A DNA stretch of 64,000 nucleotides from Octopus sinensis (taxonomy: Eukaryota), in assembly GCF_006345805.1 (NCBI RefSeq), contig NC_042997.1:52576001-52640000 (forward strand). Direction: 5' to 3'. This document shows, in pieces, positions 25,664 through 40,003 of this stretch (positions are counted from its first letter, which is position 1; each line of letters opens with the position of its first letter). The notes under the pieces were generated by a model. It saw only the letters and a program-made list of their open reading frames with translations. It was not told where the DNA came from and searched no databases. The translations under genes were made by a program, and so were the position numbers.

Positions 25664-28600
25664 TATGTATATCTCTCTCGCACGCGCGTGTAATGAAACT
25701 TTTAAAGAGCTGGCAATGTGCTTTGTTTAGTATTTCGAGTATGGGAGAAGGTTCAAAAGGACTCTGTATTGAGTTGCTCAACCTTCTAAAAATATCAGTT
25801 AAATCCGTACCGTATTGAAAAGGTGAAAGGTACATTAGATAATATGATCTTAGAGACGTCTAGAAAGACGGTATACTCACAATCGGAATACTTTTGCACA
25901 TAAGTATACTAAATCAGAAATGATGATGAGCTAAATAATGCTAGCAACAGCATTATTTATTCTAACTCTAAACTGTAAACTGTAACTCTAACCTCAACTC
26001 TTTCTGGTCACTTGCTTTGTTTCGAAATTCACCCTTAGCAAAACTCCTTTCTTCAAATGACAAGTTTATTCCTTCAAACATCCTATTGTTTGTTTTCAAA
26101 TACACCTTAAAAGATAGCTTCATATTGCTTTATAGACATCTTCCCGAAATTATGGAATCGCGTAACTTTATATCTCACTCTTCTTCTAATTGCCTTATTC
26201 TCTTCATCTCCTTTAATGTTCTTAAGAGCATTCAAACAATATAAGTACGGAATAGCTATTATGCAGTTACTCATACAAACTGTTTTTAGTCTGAAAATTC
26301 AAGATAAATGGAAAATCTTTCACTCTACAGCTGATCTACCACATCGTTGGGCGCACATTTAGTTTAAGGTGGCGTGCGTTAACGCATCGGACAAAATGTT
26401 CAGAACTGTAAACTAGTAATATAGTTTAGTTCACTGAAAAATTACTCTTCATTCAAGAGTACAGCATAATTGATAAGCTTCACACTCAGCATGAAGCCAC
26501 AGTTCCTTTCGTTACCGTATTTATTTTGAGATGCTCTGTGTTTCTTTGAATTACTTTAAATATAACAAAGAATTTAGTAAAATAACTTGGTTATCATTCA
26601 GTTAGTGTTACAAACATAAATTGTGACTAAGGTTTGGTTGAAGATTTTAATTCAAAACTTATGAAAACAAGGCATTTGTACTCAGAGTCAGAGCCGGTTT
26701 CGGCCGGGTTGGTAACGAAAGAGCCAATATTTTATTATTTTACTCGTCAACAAAATTTTCTGCTGGTATTTCTGTCAAAGCTGAATTTGGTTCAGATAAA
26801 TATTTATCTAAGTAACTTCCTAACATATTGGTTTCTTAACATCCCAGATCTAACTTATTTGTCGTTACTTCAGAGGAAAAAATGCGACTTTGTTTCTTAA
26901 TTTTATCATCCTCGCTTATCACCTTGTTAATCAAATAGGTTTGATTCACATAGTGAAACTCGCTAATCAGTCCGGACGTATAAACTAACGAAAAAACCAG
27001 CCCGCCAAACAACCAGCCTGACAGCTAACTAAATAATTAGCCAGCAAGCCAACACGAAGATACTGTTTTACTTTAAACAACTACAGGGACGACGAGCCGG
27101 TGCCACCACCATTACAAACAATTCTATCGTTACCATCCTCCAAATACCGCCAATCAAACTAACAGTTGCCGTCGTCGCTTCACTACTTCTTTACCCCACC
27201 TCTCTCTTCTTTGCTTCCTCTCCTTCTTTCACTCTATCACCATAGTCAGCGACGCTTCCGCCAACATTAATATCTTTGATGCAGTGGAATTTGTTTGAAA
27301 CCGATGCCGAAGCGGCTTGGTTCATATTACTTATGATGTGCTGATGATAATCTTTGTTGAAATTCAAGCGGGTCCCTCCGCTCCTTTGATTAATGTCGAA
27401 GCGGGTGGTTCAATCCTGCCTCTATTAGTAACACTATACGCACGTATTAACGCACGTGCATCGGACTTCATAAAAGAAGCTTTGATTTGGATTGTAACAT
27501 TTAACATTGTTTAAACAACCAACCAGTAACGAATATCCTCGTTACCAGCCAATTTGAACTCGACGTCCTTTAGCTCGGAATACCAACTTGTATTCAGCTT
27601 ATTGGTAGTTTGTTTGACTATACGATAGAAACTACACTAGCTTGGTACTATTGATTCCCCAAGGGCCTTTACTTCTGTCATCTTTACTTAAGTCATTTGA
27701 TTGCGGCCATGCTGGCGCACCACCTTTTGTCGAGCAAATCGACCCCATGCCTTATTCTTCGTAAGCCTAGTACTTATTCTATCGATCGCTTTTTTGCCGA
27801 ACCGCTAAGTTATGGGACGTAAACACACCAGCATCGGATGTCAAGCGATGTTGGGGGAGGGACAAACACACACACACACACACACATGACGGGCGTTTTC
27901 ATTTTCCGTCTACCAAATCCACTCCGCAAGACTTTGGTCGGCCTGAGGCTAAAGTAGAAGACACTTGCCCAAAGTGCCATGCAGTGGGACTGAACCCGGA
28001 ACCATGTGGATGGTAAGCAAGCTACCTACCACACAGCCACTTCTGCGCCTATTCATTCTTTATATGCACTTCAACAGATATTCTTATATTGGTTTCAAAT
28101 GTTGGTACGTGAGTAAGGGGCAAGTTGATTACATTGACTCCATTAATCAACTGGTACTTGTTTTATCGATCCAAAAGGATGAACGGCAGAATTTGAACTA
28201 TAAACATAGAGACTGATGAACTGCCGCCAAGCATTTTGTCAGCTCAACGCCTTAACAGAAATTCTTATAATAACGTGAGTAGCGTATACGGTGACCGGTA
28301 ATAAAGTCACAATTTATGGTGGCCTGTAATAAAGTCACACGAAAAAAGTCCCAATTAATTTATGGGATCCGGACAAAACCCCCCTAGGACAAAACCTCCT
28401 CGGATACCCCCCGGGACAAAACACCTGTGGCTTTTTTTTTACTTGGATTCGTGTATACATACACACATACAGAGGTTTGAACTAGTAAAAGTTTGTGCGC
28501 GTGTAGTTTCGAATTTTGGTAGGTAAGCAATTTTGACGGGAGATGGCTACATTGACACGAATTCATTAGCTTATTTTATCAAACTCGAGAGGATGAACGG

Positions 28601-28869
28601 CAAAGTCGAACTTGGCAGCATTTGAACTCAGAACATACCAAACCTGAAGAAATGCAGCTTAGCATTTTCCCGATGCACCAACCTTTCTGCCACCTCACCG
28701 CTTTCTATATTTATGCTTTCAAATTTTGGAACACGATCACCAATTTTAGTGGGAGGAGATCAGACCGATGTATGTATTGAGGTCAATTATATTAACCCCA
28801 GTATAAAATGCTAATCAAGACCTGGGTTCGATTATAATCGAGTCTTGTACTTGACTGGTATTTTATCTT

Positions 28870-29093
28870 ATTTCTTTATTGCTCACATGGGGCTAAACAT
28901 AGAGGGGACAAACAAGGACAGACAAAGGGACTAAGTCGATTAGATCGACCCCAGTGCGTATCTGGTACTTAATTTATCGACCCCGAAAGGATGAAAGGTA
29001 AAGTCGACCTCGGCGACTCAGAACGTAGCAGCGGACGAAATACAGCTACGCATTTCGCCCGGCGTGCTAACGTTTCTGTCAGCTCGCCGCCTT
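28870..29093 (-). mobile_element. SINE family B, within a cluster of diverged copies (28100-29240)
   Basis: Head and body motifs as in other family B copies. Confidence 0.82.
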
Positions 29094-30104
29094 TTATCTT
29101 ATTTATCTTATCGACCGCAGAGGGATGAAAGTCAAAAATGACTCTGCCGGAATTTGAAGTCAGAACGTAATGCAGCTGAAGAAGTTCCGTAAAGCATGTT
29201 GTCCGACACTCTAATGATTCTACCCAGTTTCTCCCCGGGCTCACATACATAGTTTTTTTTTTTTTTGCCTTACATCTTTCTCTCTTTACATACACTCGGA
29301 TTCAGTATCTTATAGAATTATATGACTGTCCGCATGTTGCGTTTATAAGCAGTGGAATGGTACATTGAATAATCGATAAAATTGCATGTAATGAAGATTC
29401 TAAAAAAAACAGAATAATTCTAAATAATTCCATTAAAAACTAGAAACGAAAAACAATGCCATTTATGTGTGTGCGCGTGCGAAGGAGAGAGAGTCTATAT
29501 ATACATTAATCAGGGAGTTGATGACGGGATTTATGTGTTTGATATGCTTGTTTGTGAATATCTTCTATCTCGAGGTTTCGTTATTCTGAGTTGTGCATTC
29601 GTGTGATGCTGAATATGTTTTAGGGTTCATGCTTCAGGGTGCTTACATATAATTGACATTGCATGATTGTCTTCATTGATAAGCCTTATTATGCTAGGGT
29701 AATACTTGATGATATCTAGTTTTCGGACGTTTTACGTATCAGGTATATAAAACGTAAATACGAATTTGCAACAATACCTAGATTACATATTCCACTGCTA
29801 CCCCCACCCCCCAAAAAAACAAAAACAAAAACACATACACACAGACACACACGCTCGTAAGCATGTACACACACTCACACGATATGGTAAACACAATATC
29901 TTGTTTATATAATTTGCTTCCTACGTACGTTTCACCGTTGTTGTTATTTGCATCCTCTCCAGCCAGTGTTCTAACTGCAGTTGGATGCTGAATCACGGTA
30001 GTTCGTCATGGGAACTGGAAGTAGACTCTACGTAAAGCTCTAAACTCGCCAGTGTAGCATTCGTATATCTAACTGTTCACACAAGAAAATGCCATGTATA
30101 TGTA

Positions 30105-30138
<34 letters not shown>

Positions 30139-30833
30139 CGCGTGTGTATGTGCGTGTATGTGTGTGCGTATGTATACATGTGTGTGTGTGTGTGCACGCA
30201 CTCACACACACATCACATATTTGTACCCTCATGCACATAGTAGAGACTATACTAACATAATACATACTACAACTGAGACGTTTTCTCTGTCTGTCAACTT
30301 CGCTGTGAAGATATCGGTAACCCAGTTTCCCGTTCATTTGTTTCCTTGCGTTTCTATACTTCCGCTACCAATGTTTTGTTTATATTTTCCCTCCTCGCCG
30401 TTATAAAAGCGAAGCACAAACAAACAAAACAAAACAAAACAAAACAAAACAAAACAAAATCTGAAAAATATAAAATGAAGAAAAAGTATTTTAAACAAAA
30501 TATTCGGACCTTTGATAAGATCACTATCTGGAAGATGAATGATATTAATGAACGGAAAGTTTTGTTTTTTTTTCTCATTCAAAATGAAAATAAAAAATCG
30601 AAGGAGAAAAAAGAAAGAATGAACGGGGGGGGGGGAGGAATATAATCAGAAAAAAAGATAGAGAAAAATAAAGGGGGAAAGAAGGCTGAGTAGAGAAAAA
30701 AATTGAGGGATGGAATAGTTTGTCAGCGAGTCATGGTAAGATAGCAGAAGAGTAAGAGGGTATATGGCGGGCATAGAAAGAACGAAATAGAATGTGGGGC
30801 ACACAGAATGAAAAAAGAATGAGAGAGTGATAG

Positions 30834-30875
<42 letters not shown>

Positions 30876-32871
30876 GGGGGAGGAAAGGAAATGAGGAACA
30901 GATAGAGACGTATTCATACTAAGCATGAATGAAAATAGGTAGGGTATTTTATAGTGAGCAAAGGGAAAAAAAACGGGAGTGAACTAAATAGAAAGTCAGG
31001 CAGGAATAGAAGGGAAATTGTATGAAAGAGAAAGAAAATATAAAAAATTGAGGACTGGGAAGACGGAAAGAAGAGACGATAGAGAAAGGCGGAGAAAATA
31101 AATAAATAAATAAAGTAGCAAAACATAAGCAAAGAAAAGAATGAAAAAAAGAAAGGAAAATAGAGAAAGGGGTGGTTAGAGAAGACTGAGAATCAAATGT
31201 GAGGAAAGGAATGTATGAAAAGAAAAGATAAAAGGCGAGAGACGAGATAAAAGGGAAAGGGAATAGAAGCAAGGTGAGAAGAAACCGAAACTGAAAACAG
31301 ATGAGATGAAGGAGGAACAAAAGAGGTGTGTGTGTGTGTGTGGTGTGTGTGTGTGTATTTACACACATACAAGGCACGCATATTAATTGCTTGATGGTAG
31401 CATCAGTTTCGCCAGTGGTAGCTTTCCGAATTCAATCAGTTGCCTTACACCACAAATCTCCGGAGTCACTGTCAACAAAATTTTAACATTCGATTTTATT
31501 GAACCCTTTAAGGCAGAGATCTATAAAAAATCTGTAATAACTGAATTAGACTTATTATTTCGGTTCTCTGTCGATCTGCCCCGTCAGCGAGATCATAAGG
31601 ATTGATTGAAGTCGAATTTTGCGCTTAATATAAAGGTTTTCATTCGAAAAAATAAAATCTGCGTAGTAGCTGGAAAAAAATTAACGGCGTGTATAGAGAT
31701 TTAAAATGTTTTCAAATGATTTTTGTGTTAAGTGAAACGAGATATTATCAAAATCATCTGACACTGAAAGGCTGTCAATGTTCTCTGCCACGTTAGTATC
31801 ACATAGCATGGAAAAGCTGCTAAAATGGAAAGCAGTGGCTGTACCGAGAGAGGTGGAAGAAAGAAAATATTAAGAGAGGTGACTCAGATAAATTGATGAA
31901 TGGTTGAGTTAGTGAGTGAGTGAGTGAGTGAGTGAGCGAGTGAATTAGAGAGTGAGTGAGTGAGTGAGTGAATGAGTGAGTGAGTGAGAGACACTTTGCG
32001 AGAAAGAGAGAGAAAGAGAGATAGAAAGGGAAAGAGAGAAATACAATAAGTGAAATATGTAATATCAGTTCCATTCTCACTTCTATTCCGGTTACATTGA
32101 GATCTCTCGATTTCTATGAATGAGAATGCTGTACATATTTATTTTTAAAGGTGTTCTCCATTAGCCTTATTTTGTTTTTTTTTTCTATACCATACTTATC
32201 CAAGCATAAGCTATTGAAATTGCATGCTGGTCTTTGGTTCTAATGCATTTCTATTTATCAAACCACTGTGCAATGCTTCTGTTAATTAATACTAAATATA
32301 TAAACATATACGATGAGCATCTGCACAGTTTATCAACCATATATTCAGCTCATAAGGTATGGTAGAGGACACTTGTGTAAAAGCTGCTCTCAGGAAAAAA
32401 ACTTGGAGCGACTTGTTTCGAAGCTTGTTACTATTAGAGAATTTGTGATCTGAAGGTTAATAGGGAAGTTTAATTTTTTTGTCTTTTTCTCCATAAGTTA
32501 TCCTTGTTCAAACATATTCAATGGGCAAAAATATTCTAGACTTTATAATTCCCGTCTTCTTTTATGATATCGCCTTATCCCAGTTTACCGTTTAAAATGA
32601 TAAGATATGATTTGCGAGATTTTTAGCTGCCGTTTCTGACAAGTTGAGCAACCACATTGAGATTCCTCACAGGCCCGAGTCATTTATTAGTATTATTGTT
32701 ATGAAGGCTTTGTTCTCTATTTATTGTAATTTCTCTTTGAACTGCTTTTTTACTAATACGTTGTTGTTCAAAGAATATATACAGAAAAACACAAAAGATG
32801 GACAAGCACATATATATCAATTATTGGGATATATGTATATAAATGTGTATGTCTGTGTGTGTATTTGTTTG

Positions 32872-32953
<82 letters not shown>

Positions 32954-33068
32954 AGAAAGGCGATAAATAAAAATACACAAAGTAACAAACACGCACGCGC
33001 GCACATGCTCGTAGATACACAAAAACACATATGTTGACGCATGCATAGACACATACATATACGTACAT

Positions 33069-34809
33069 CATTCGCGGATCTACGATATTGGGGCTCAGAA
33101 GTTTAAAATGTTATAGGGGCCTCCTTTACAACCTGCAACGGTAGGGTAACATCCAACAAGGGTCAAAAAATTTTCGCGCCCTTGCAAGGTACTCCAGCTT
33201 GAGGTTCTGATAGCACTAGAAACGAGGTGTGGGTAATTACCGATATCTTTCTCGATGTGATTGTTCCATGGCAGATCACTACAAATATTTTCCAGGCTAT
33301 ACCTTATAATTTTAGAGTTATGGGGGTTGAAAATTAGGGAAGCGTTATATACATGTATGATGCATCATTAAGATACATGTGAAAATTACAAAATACTCTT
33401 TTTTCTGTTTTTTGTTGCAACAGTTTTGTCATATGACAGCTTCCTTGCAATATCATTTTCTAGAGACAATATACATAAGGAATTTCAGCGCTCTTCAGTC
33501 ATGGTAGACCGAAATTCATTCTTTACAAAGGAAAGCTTTAAGGAACTCCTTTCTGCTTCACAGCTCGTGATAGGCATTGTCAAGTACGGCTTATATTGTC
33601 AAGTGCAGTGGTAATATTAGGGGACACTTCAATTAACTGTTGCTCATGAATAAGCTGAAGAGCTGGGGTGTTTTCTTCTGTATTCTGGGATTTCCTAAGG
33701 TGTAAATACTCTTTGAACAGATAACACTCATTTATTAATTTGTAGTAAATATCGCCTTTGTAATGCAATATTATAAGTTTGATACTGTTCTCATCAAATT
33801 CTGAATTGTTCATCAATTCTGAGAGAAACTTGAACATTTTCGCAATCTGCTCATATGGGTCCATCCTCTTGCTTAACTAGATTATCAAGCAGTCATAGAC
33901 TTAATTTAGAACTTCTATCCTAAATTTTTCTGCCCCTTTCAAAGAAGCCGTATCACTTGTTCTATCTGCAAATTTCTTTGTAACAATGTGTTTGAAAACA
34001 GAATAATTTGAGGTGATATATTCACATAGACCTTTTTGCTACTGATTTATAGTGTGCAATCGTGTCGGCTGAATTTTCTCGTAGTTCTTTAACAAACGAA
34101 AGCAAAGATGCTAGCAGAAGGTAACCTTCAAATATATCAGAACCAGGGGTTTGGAGTTTCTTACTTGTTTTGTTAAAACACTCTATAACTTCTTCCCAAA
34201 GACTGTTAAAACAGCTTATTCCAATTTTACCAACTTGTGGTATAAATTCTTTGCATCTCGCTTACATTCAGGCTTCTCTTTTGAGGCTTCAAACATACGT
34301 TTGAGAGTTTGTAAATATCCCTATATTCATTTTAATTGCCCAGACTGCTTCATAGTGTGCAGACAATCTAGTTACACTTAAGATTGCCCTATGTATTCAA
34401 AATTGGTCATTAAATAATGGTGTGAAACTAAGAATTCTTATCTCTACCGTGCTGATGTAGTAGCAGACATATTTGACAATGGAAGGGGCAGGGCCGAAGT
34501 TTCCAAAATAATTCAAGTAAAGCGAATTATCTGCGAGTCGTTTCTGCTTATATTTTTTATGCTACTCCACACGGGCAGAAACGTCGGAAACAACTCGTGG
34601 CTAGACACTGCGTGTCTAGACTCTGCGTGTCTAGACTCTGCGTAGGAGTATGATATGATGTCCACTAGATGTCCACTAGAACTGGTAACAGCAATCAATC
34701 TGCGTGGCAAAATACAAAAACAAAAACATTGACAGAATGAAAAATGAAGTTGCTTCAAAGGGGGTCCTGAAGCATAAGCTTCATTAGCTTTATGGTAGAT
34801 CCGCCACTG
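33069..34809 (-). mobile_element. Internally deleted hAT transposon (Tip100-like TIR, inferred)
   Basis: TIRs CATTCGCGGATCTAC / CAGTGGCGGATCTAC (13/15). 8-bp TSD ACGTACAT / ACGCACAT (7/8). Transposase remnant inside. Short subterminal repeats at 34600-34680. Confidence 0.88.
33425..34400 (-). pseudogene. hAT transposase C-terminal remnant (dimerization domain)
   Basis: YLTMPITSCEAERSSLKLSFVKNEFRSTMTEER..SLENDIARKLSYD, with stops and frameshifts. Confidence 0.85.
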
Positions 34810-35790
34810 ACGCACATACATATATAGACAGTACAAGAGAGAAAGCAGAAGATAACGTCGAAGATAGATTGAGACTATGTAACAATAACGATACTAACTA
34901 GAAGAAAAAAAAAACAGAGAGCAAAAAGAATATACGACAGAAATATAGAATAAATAAAACACTATTCTAAAATTCTTTAATTTCTTTTAGTTTACTCTAG
35001 CCTACGGAGCCAAGACCATACTGGAGTATTGACTTAATAGAGAAATTAAGTTCAATTGATAAAGGAAATCATTGGTAGATAATATTTTATAAATATCCGA
35101 AAGTTAAACGAAATGAGAAATTAATGAAAGAAATTAGGGTGGAAGTATGAAGATAAGGAAAAAATAAATAAATAAAGGTAATAGTAAAAATACTGGGCAT
35201 GGCTGTATGGTAAAGAAGCTTACCTTACAACCACGTGGTTCGGGGTTCAGTCACACTGTATAGCTCCGTCTTCTACTATAGTCACGGACCGACCAATGCC
35301 TTGTAAATAAATTTGATAGTCGGAAACTGTGTGAAACCTGTGGAAGCAGAAAAGTTATGAGTCATTACTTGTCTGAAGATCTTGTGCACTCACAGGTGCC
35401 CTTGTGTTTGTGTATTCCTCTCCCCACCGCTTGACAACCGATGTTGGATTTTTCAGATCCATGTAGTAGAGAGGGGTCCGGTAGAAGAGATCGACTGAGT
35501 AATTACCAAACTTAAAATTAAGTACTGGGGGTAATTTGTTCGTCCACATTCTTTAACTTTAAGGTGGTGCCCCAGCATGGTCACAGCACAATGAATGAAA
35601 CAGGTAAATGATAACGATGAGCACTTTCGCAGGCAAGAAATTTTTAAAAAATCTTTTCGAGCTTAATAATTTTCAGAAAATTTGCAAAAGACAAGTGATT
35701 AAATCATCCAATAAAAACAAACTAAACATAACAGTTAGCTTAACAATTTTATGTCATAATACAATATCATTGAAAAAAAAATCAATCACT

Positions 35791-36227
35791 AGGCGCAGGA
35801 GTGGCTGTGTGATAAGTAGCTTGCTAACCAACAACATGGTTCCGTGTTCAGTCCCACTGCGTGGCATCTTGGGCAAGTGTCTTCTGCTATAGCCCCGGGC
35901 CGACCAATGCCTTGTGAGTGGATTTGGTAGACGGAAACTGAAAGAAGCCTGTCGTATATATGTATATATATATATATGTATGTGTGGTGTGTGTGTGTGT
36001 GTGTGTGTGTTTGTGTGTCTGTGTTTGTCCCCCTAGCATTGCTTGACAACCGATGCGGGTTAGTTTACGTCCCCGTCACTTAGCGGTTCGGCAAAAGAGA
36101 CCGATAGAATAAGTACTGGGCTTACAATGAATAAGTCCCGGGGTTGATTTGCTCGACTAAAGGCGGTGCTCCAGCATGGCCGCAGTCAAATGACTGAAAC
36201 AAGTAAAAGAGTAAAAGAGTAAAGAGT
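35791..36227 (+). mobile_element. SINE family A, best-preserved copy
   Basis: AGGCGCAGGAGTGGCTGTGTG head, B-box GTTCAGTCCC, CORE-like segment, central (TA)/(TG) tract, (GTAAAAGA)n tail. Confidence 0.92.
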
Positions 36228-37500
36228 AACTCATTTTTAATTATGATATTTTGCAAAACAGCCTTTACGCTACATATCCAGACCGTCATTGTTACCGTCG
36301 GACTCCTCTGAGATATAAAGCATTTTGCCGACAATGAATGCAAGTCACACTTTGCAAACAGCTTGAACCACTGGGTGCCTTCATGTTCTTTCTGAGTATT
36401 TAATCCTATAAATATACCCTTCTACACATATGTCATAATAACACGCAAATCATAGGAACTCCGCAGCAATGCATGCAGTGACACCTTCTCGTAATGCTCC
36501 GACACGTTAACATTCAATATTCAACGATCAGCTAATAGGAGAATGCCTTGCATTGAGCCAAGGCAAAAACGACTAAAATGTCGCTGTGCCCATTTACCGT
36601 TAGCGACCAAAATGTTGTTTTATCCGCAGAAGGGTTAATACATATATCATTCAACTAAATCCTTCAGTACTCTTCGTATCCTTGGGATCGTGTTGCTGTA
36701 ACACAAATAAACATCTCAGACAAACCGATCATTCGGACGATTGGCAAAGAATCAATCACCAACGGGCTTGACTCCAACTATTAGCTTACATATGCTCTGG
36801 TATCTTCTGAAGAAGAAAAACTGCGTATACTGTTTCTTCTTTCTGCGTCTTTTATTACTAATATAATGGCCTTAGCTCAACAGAATTACCTTATCACATA
36901 TCCTTTCTACCCATGCCAATTCTGTTCCCAGTTCTTTTTTCATCTCAGCAACATTATTGTGCATATTACATTTACATATATACATCCAGACAGGCATGCG
37001 TATATGCAAAAAGAAACAAAACAAAACAAGACTGAAAAAAAAAAAAAACTCCCAAGAGTTTAAGAGTTAAACAGTTATCAATCTACTGAAGTTAAACCAG
37101 TGAAGAAAAATCACTGACTTTAAACCAAATACATTGGGGAGCTGCATGGTTCTAACTTTTCAGAGAAAACTGAGATTGCGTGTAATATTTTTTCATTTTG
37201 CATGCAATGCTAAATTCTATTTGTTGAGAAAGAAAGAACGAGCGAAGGAAAAAAAGAAGTGGTTGAAGAAATTGATAACAGTCGGATAAATATGCACCAT
37301 TTCGAGGACAAGTAAAAAGAAACTTTGTAGTATATAAAGACAATAAGGATAACGAAAAAGAAAAATGAGGGAAAACATTTAAGACCAGCATTAACTACAA
37401 AGTATTAAGAGAAGCCCCCACCCAGTAGTAAAACATGGAAGTATGCAAAAATGAACCTAAGAAAATAGGCAAATAGCTTCTCACGACAGAAAAAGGTTAC

Positions 37501-37562
<62 letters not shown>

Positions 37563-37604
37563 ACACACACACACACACACCACACGCACGCATGCATGCA
37601 TGCA

Positions 37605-37638
<34 letters not shown>

Positions 37639-38058
37639 CATACATCACAGAACACTATATATATACATACACACGCACATAAATATGTGTGTTGGATGAA
37701 AAGGAAATTGTAAAGCAGATTACAGTGAAGGTATATATTACGATGAAATGAGAGACATGAATGATTGACTATAAACAATGTTTTGGCAGTTGTCAATTGT
37801 GGATCTATTCTTCTGTCGTCATGTAAAACATGAAAAGTTCGATAACGATTTCTTAGCGATAGTATAAGAAAAATAAAGAAAAATACACTCACTGCAAAAG
37901 TTGTTTTGGTTAAGCATAGAAGATGGAATGAGAGAACATCTCTTTTATGAAAGGCAGTACATTTATTTTTATGAATAAAAGTCTTAGTAAGATTGATATA
38001 GTTAATTTCGAGGTTTAACATTGCAGGTTAGAGTAATAAAGAAGCATAGGGCAATTGT

Positions 38059-38223
38059 CAAGGTCGGCTCAAGGTACAGGCAACTCGGACAGTCGCCTGG
38101 GGCGCTATGTGCAAGGGGGTACCGTGGAGGGCTTGACAAAGACAAGAAAATTTCCACGACCGTCAGTTTGTACACACCGAAGTTCAGCCTGTCTGGGGCG
38201 CTAGCAAACCTAGGGCCGGCCTG
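38059..38223. mobile_element. Possible short hAT-type MITE
   Basis: Degenerate TIRs CAAGGTCGGCTCAAGG / CCTAGGGCCGGCCTG and internal TGGGGCGCTA repeats. No TSD found. Confidence 0.35.
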
Positions 38224-38227
38224 CGAC

Positions 38228-39128
38228 AAAATTTTTTTCCCATGAGAGTTCTGGACCCCGGTTATGAACTCATTTGCATACAGCCAATCAGAGCTCAACT
38301 ATCAAACTAAAGTCCACCTAGTCACGAAAATATTCTGGTTGAGTTCTGTGGAAAATGTGCGTTATAGCAAAATCTGTTCTAAACGGATTAATAGGGGTGA
38401 CAAATGTGAAATTTAGTGTATAAGGTTAATGGAGAGTTGCTTACTGATGATGCCATAAGTGTTGCCAATCTGAGTAATTTACTAGAAAATGTAAATGAGT
38501 GTAGTTTCCTAATTTTTTGCCTGATTTTGTACAATCGAAGGAGAGGGGCTTTCTCCGTCCGGGTTGCGGATCCGTGGAATAAGCTGCCGGACGAGATAGT
38601 GAAGATGCCGACAACAGCTCGGTTCAAAGTCTCTCTTGACTAGAAATGGCCTGAACTCATTGTATGACCACCCTCCCTGTACATAGCTCCCTGTCCCCCC
38701 TACATGGCCTTGCTTTTGCTTTTTGAGCCTATAAAAATTGAATTGAATTGAGAAAAAAAATCCTAATTTAAAATATTGGTATTGATCTGGAAACATCGTA
38801 ATCAATATGGCGTTGTGTCGTATTGCGCCCTCCTTGCATATATCAATGGGTACATGCAGTACCACTAATCTCAGTCTGTGCATAGGTATCTAATGTTAGC
38901 TCCATATAGAGATGGTGCTTAACTGATCTATAAGGATAGTGGTGGGGGGAATGTGGTGCCTATGTGAGACCTGCTATGCTGTATTCACAGAGTGACACAC
39001 ACACCATTCTATGCCTGACTGGCTGTACTGTAGTAGTACACAATATGTGGATTTTAAGGTGAGCTCTGATTGGCTGTATGCAAATAAGTTCATTACTGGG
39101 CGCCAGAACTCTCGTAGGAAAAAAAATT
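38228..39128. mobile_element. Non-autonomous element with about 70-bp terminal inverted repeats
   Basis: 38228-38297 is the diverged reverse complement of 39060-39128. A CR1 fragment is nested inside. Confidence 0.6.
38527..38752 (+). mobile_element. CR1-type LINE 3' end
   Basis: RRRGAFSVRVADPWNKLPDEIVKMPTTARFKVSLD matches the CR1 ORF2 C-terminal pattern. (ATTGA)n tail. The same terminus recurs at 50246-50290. Confidence 0.85.
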
Positions 39129-39792
39129 CGCGGGAAAGGCTGTGGTCTAATGAGAAACTGTAAGAAAGTATTCTTACATGACTTGGGTGAAAACCGAGTA
39201 CGAATGACGAGAAGTAGAGATGTAAAGTATATACATATTAATCTATTGGAAGTAGAATTCAAAAGAAAATTCTGATAATCCATTGTAATATTAGCAGTAA
39301 AAGAGAAGAAAAATTTGAGGAGAACAAATGATTTTAGCGTGCTTTGACCAACTTATTTGTACTTAAATATGTGATCAGTTCCACTGAAATATACAATTAA
39401 ATATTCGATTGATATCATGTATGTATATATAAGTCAGTAGGGGAGGCCCCTACATATTAACTTGACTTGATAGAAATAGCAGCCTTTGTTCGGTGTCGAT
39501 TCATCTAAAAATTATTTAATTTGTGTCTCGACTTCCCTCCGGCTGTAAACGACACACAAAAGTGAACCGAGTATGGTTTTAATATGATATACGGTCATTT
39601 TGTTTTAAAGGAACATTTTATAAAGCAAGTTAATTTCTTTAGTGCAGTAAGCACGTGTTAAGCTGATTGTTAGTTCGTGTACACAATAAATAACAGGGAT
39701 GAGGTGATTTGGCGCGGCTGTTTGGACGCTGACAATTTGGCACGGGAGGCAAGGACACATTCACTCATACACACGCGCACACACACACACAC

Positions 39793-39824
<32 letters not shown>

Positions 39825-39902
39825 AACACAACATAGCACACGCATGCGTGCGTGCACAGATATATATTATATATATATATATATGACAGAAAATAAAGGA
39901 AT

Positions 39903-39941
<39 letters not shown>

Positions 39942-40003
39942 TATATAATAGAAATATTAAAATTACTAAGTCTCTCTAAAGGAGATTACGGCAGCGTTAC
40001 TGG

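Noticed and set aside
28290-28430. GGACAAAACC and TAATAAAGTCAC short repeats resembling a Mutator-type terminus
   Set aside because: No matching second terminus or TSD found in the window.
30640-31330. Long polypurine tract and its Phe/Leu/Ser-rich antisense ORFs
   Set aside because: Low-complexity sequence with no coding signal. H-DNA potential cannot be evaluated from sequence alone.
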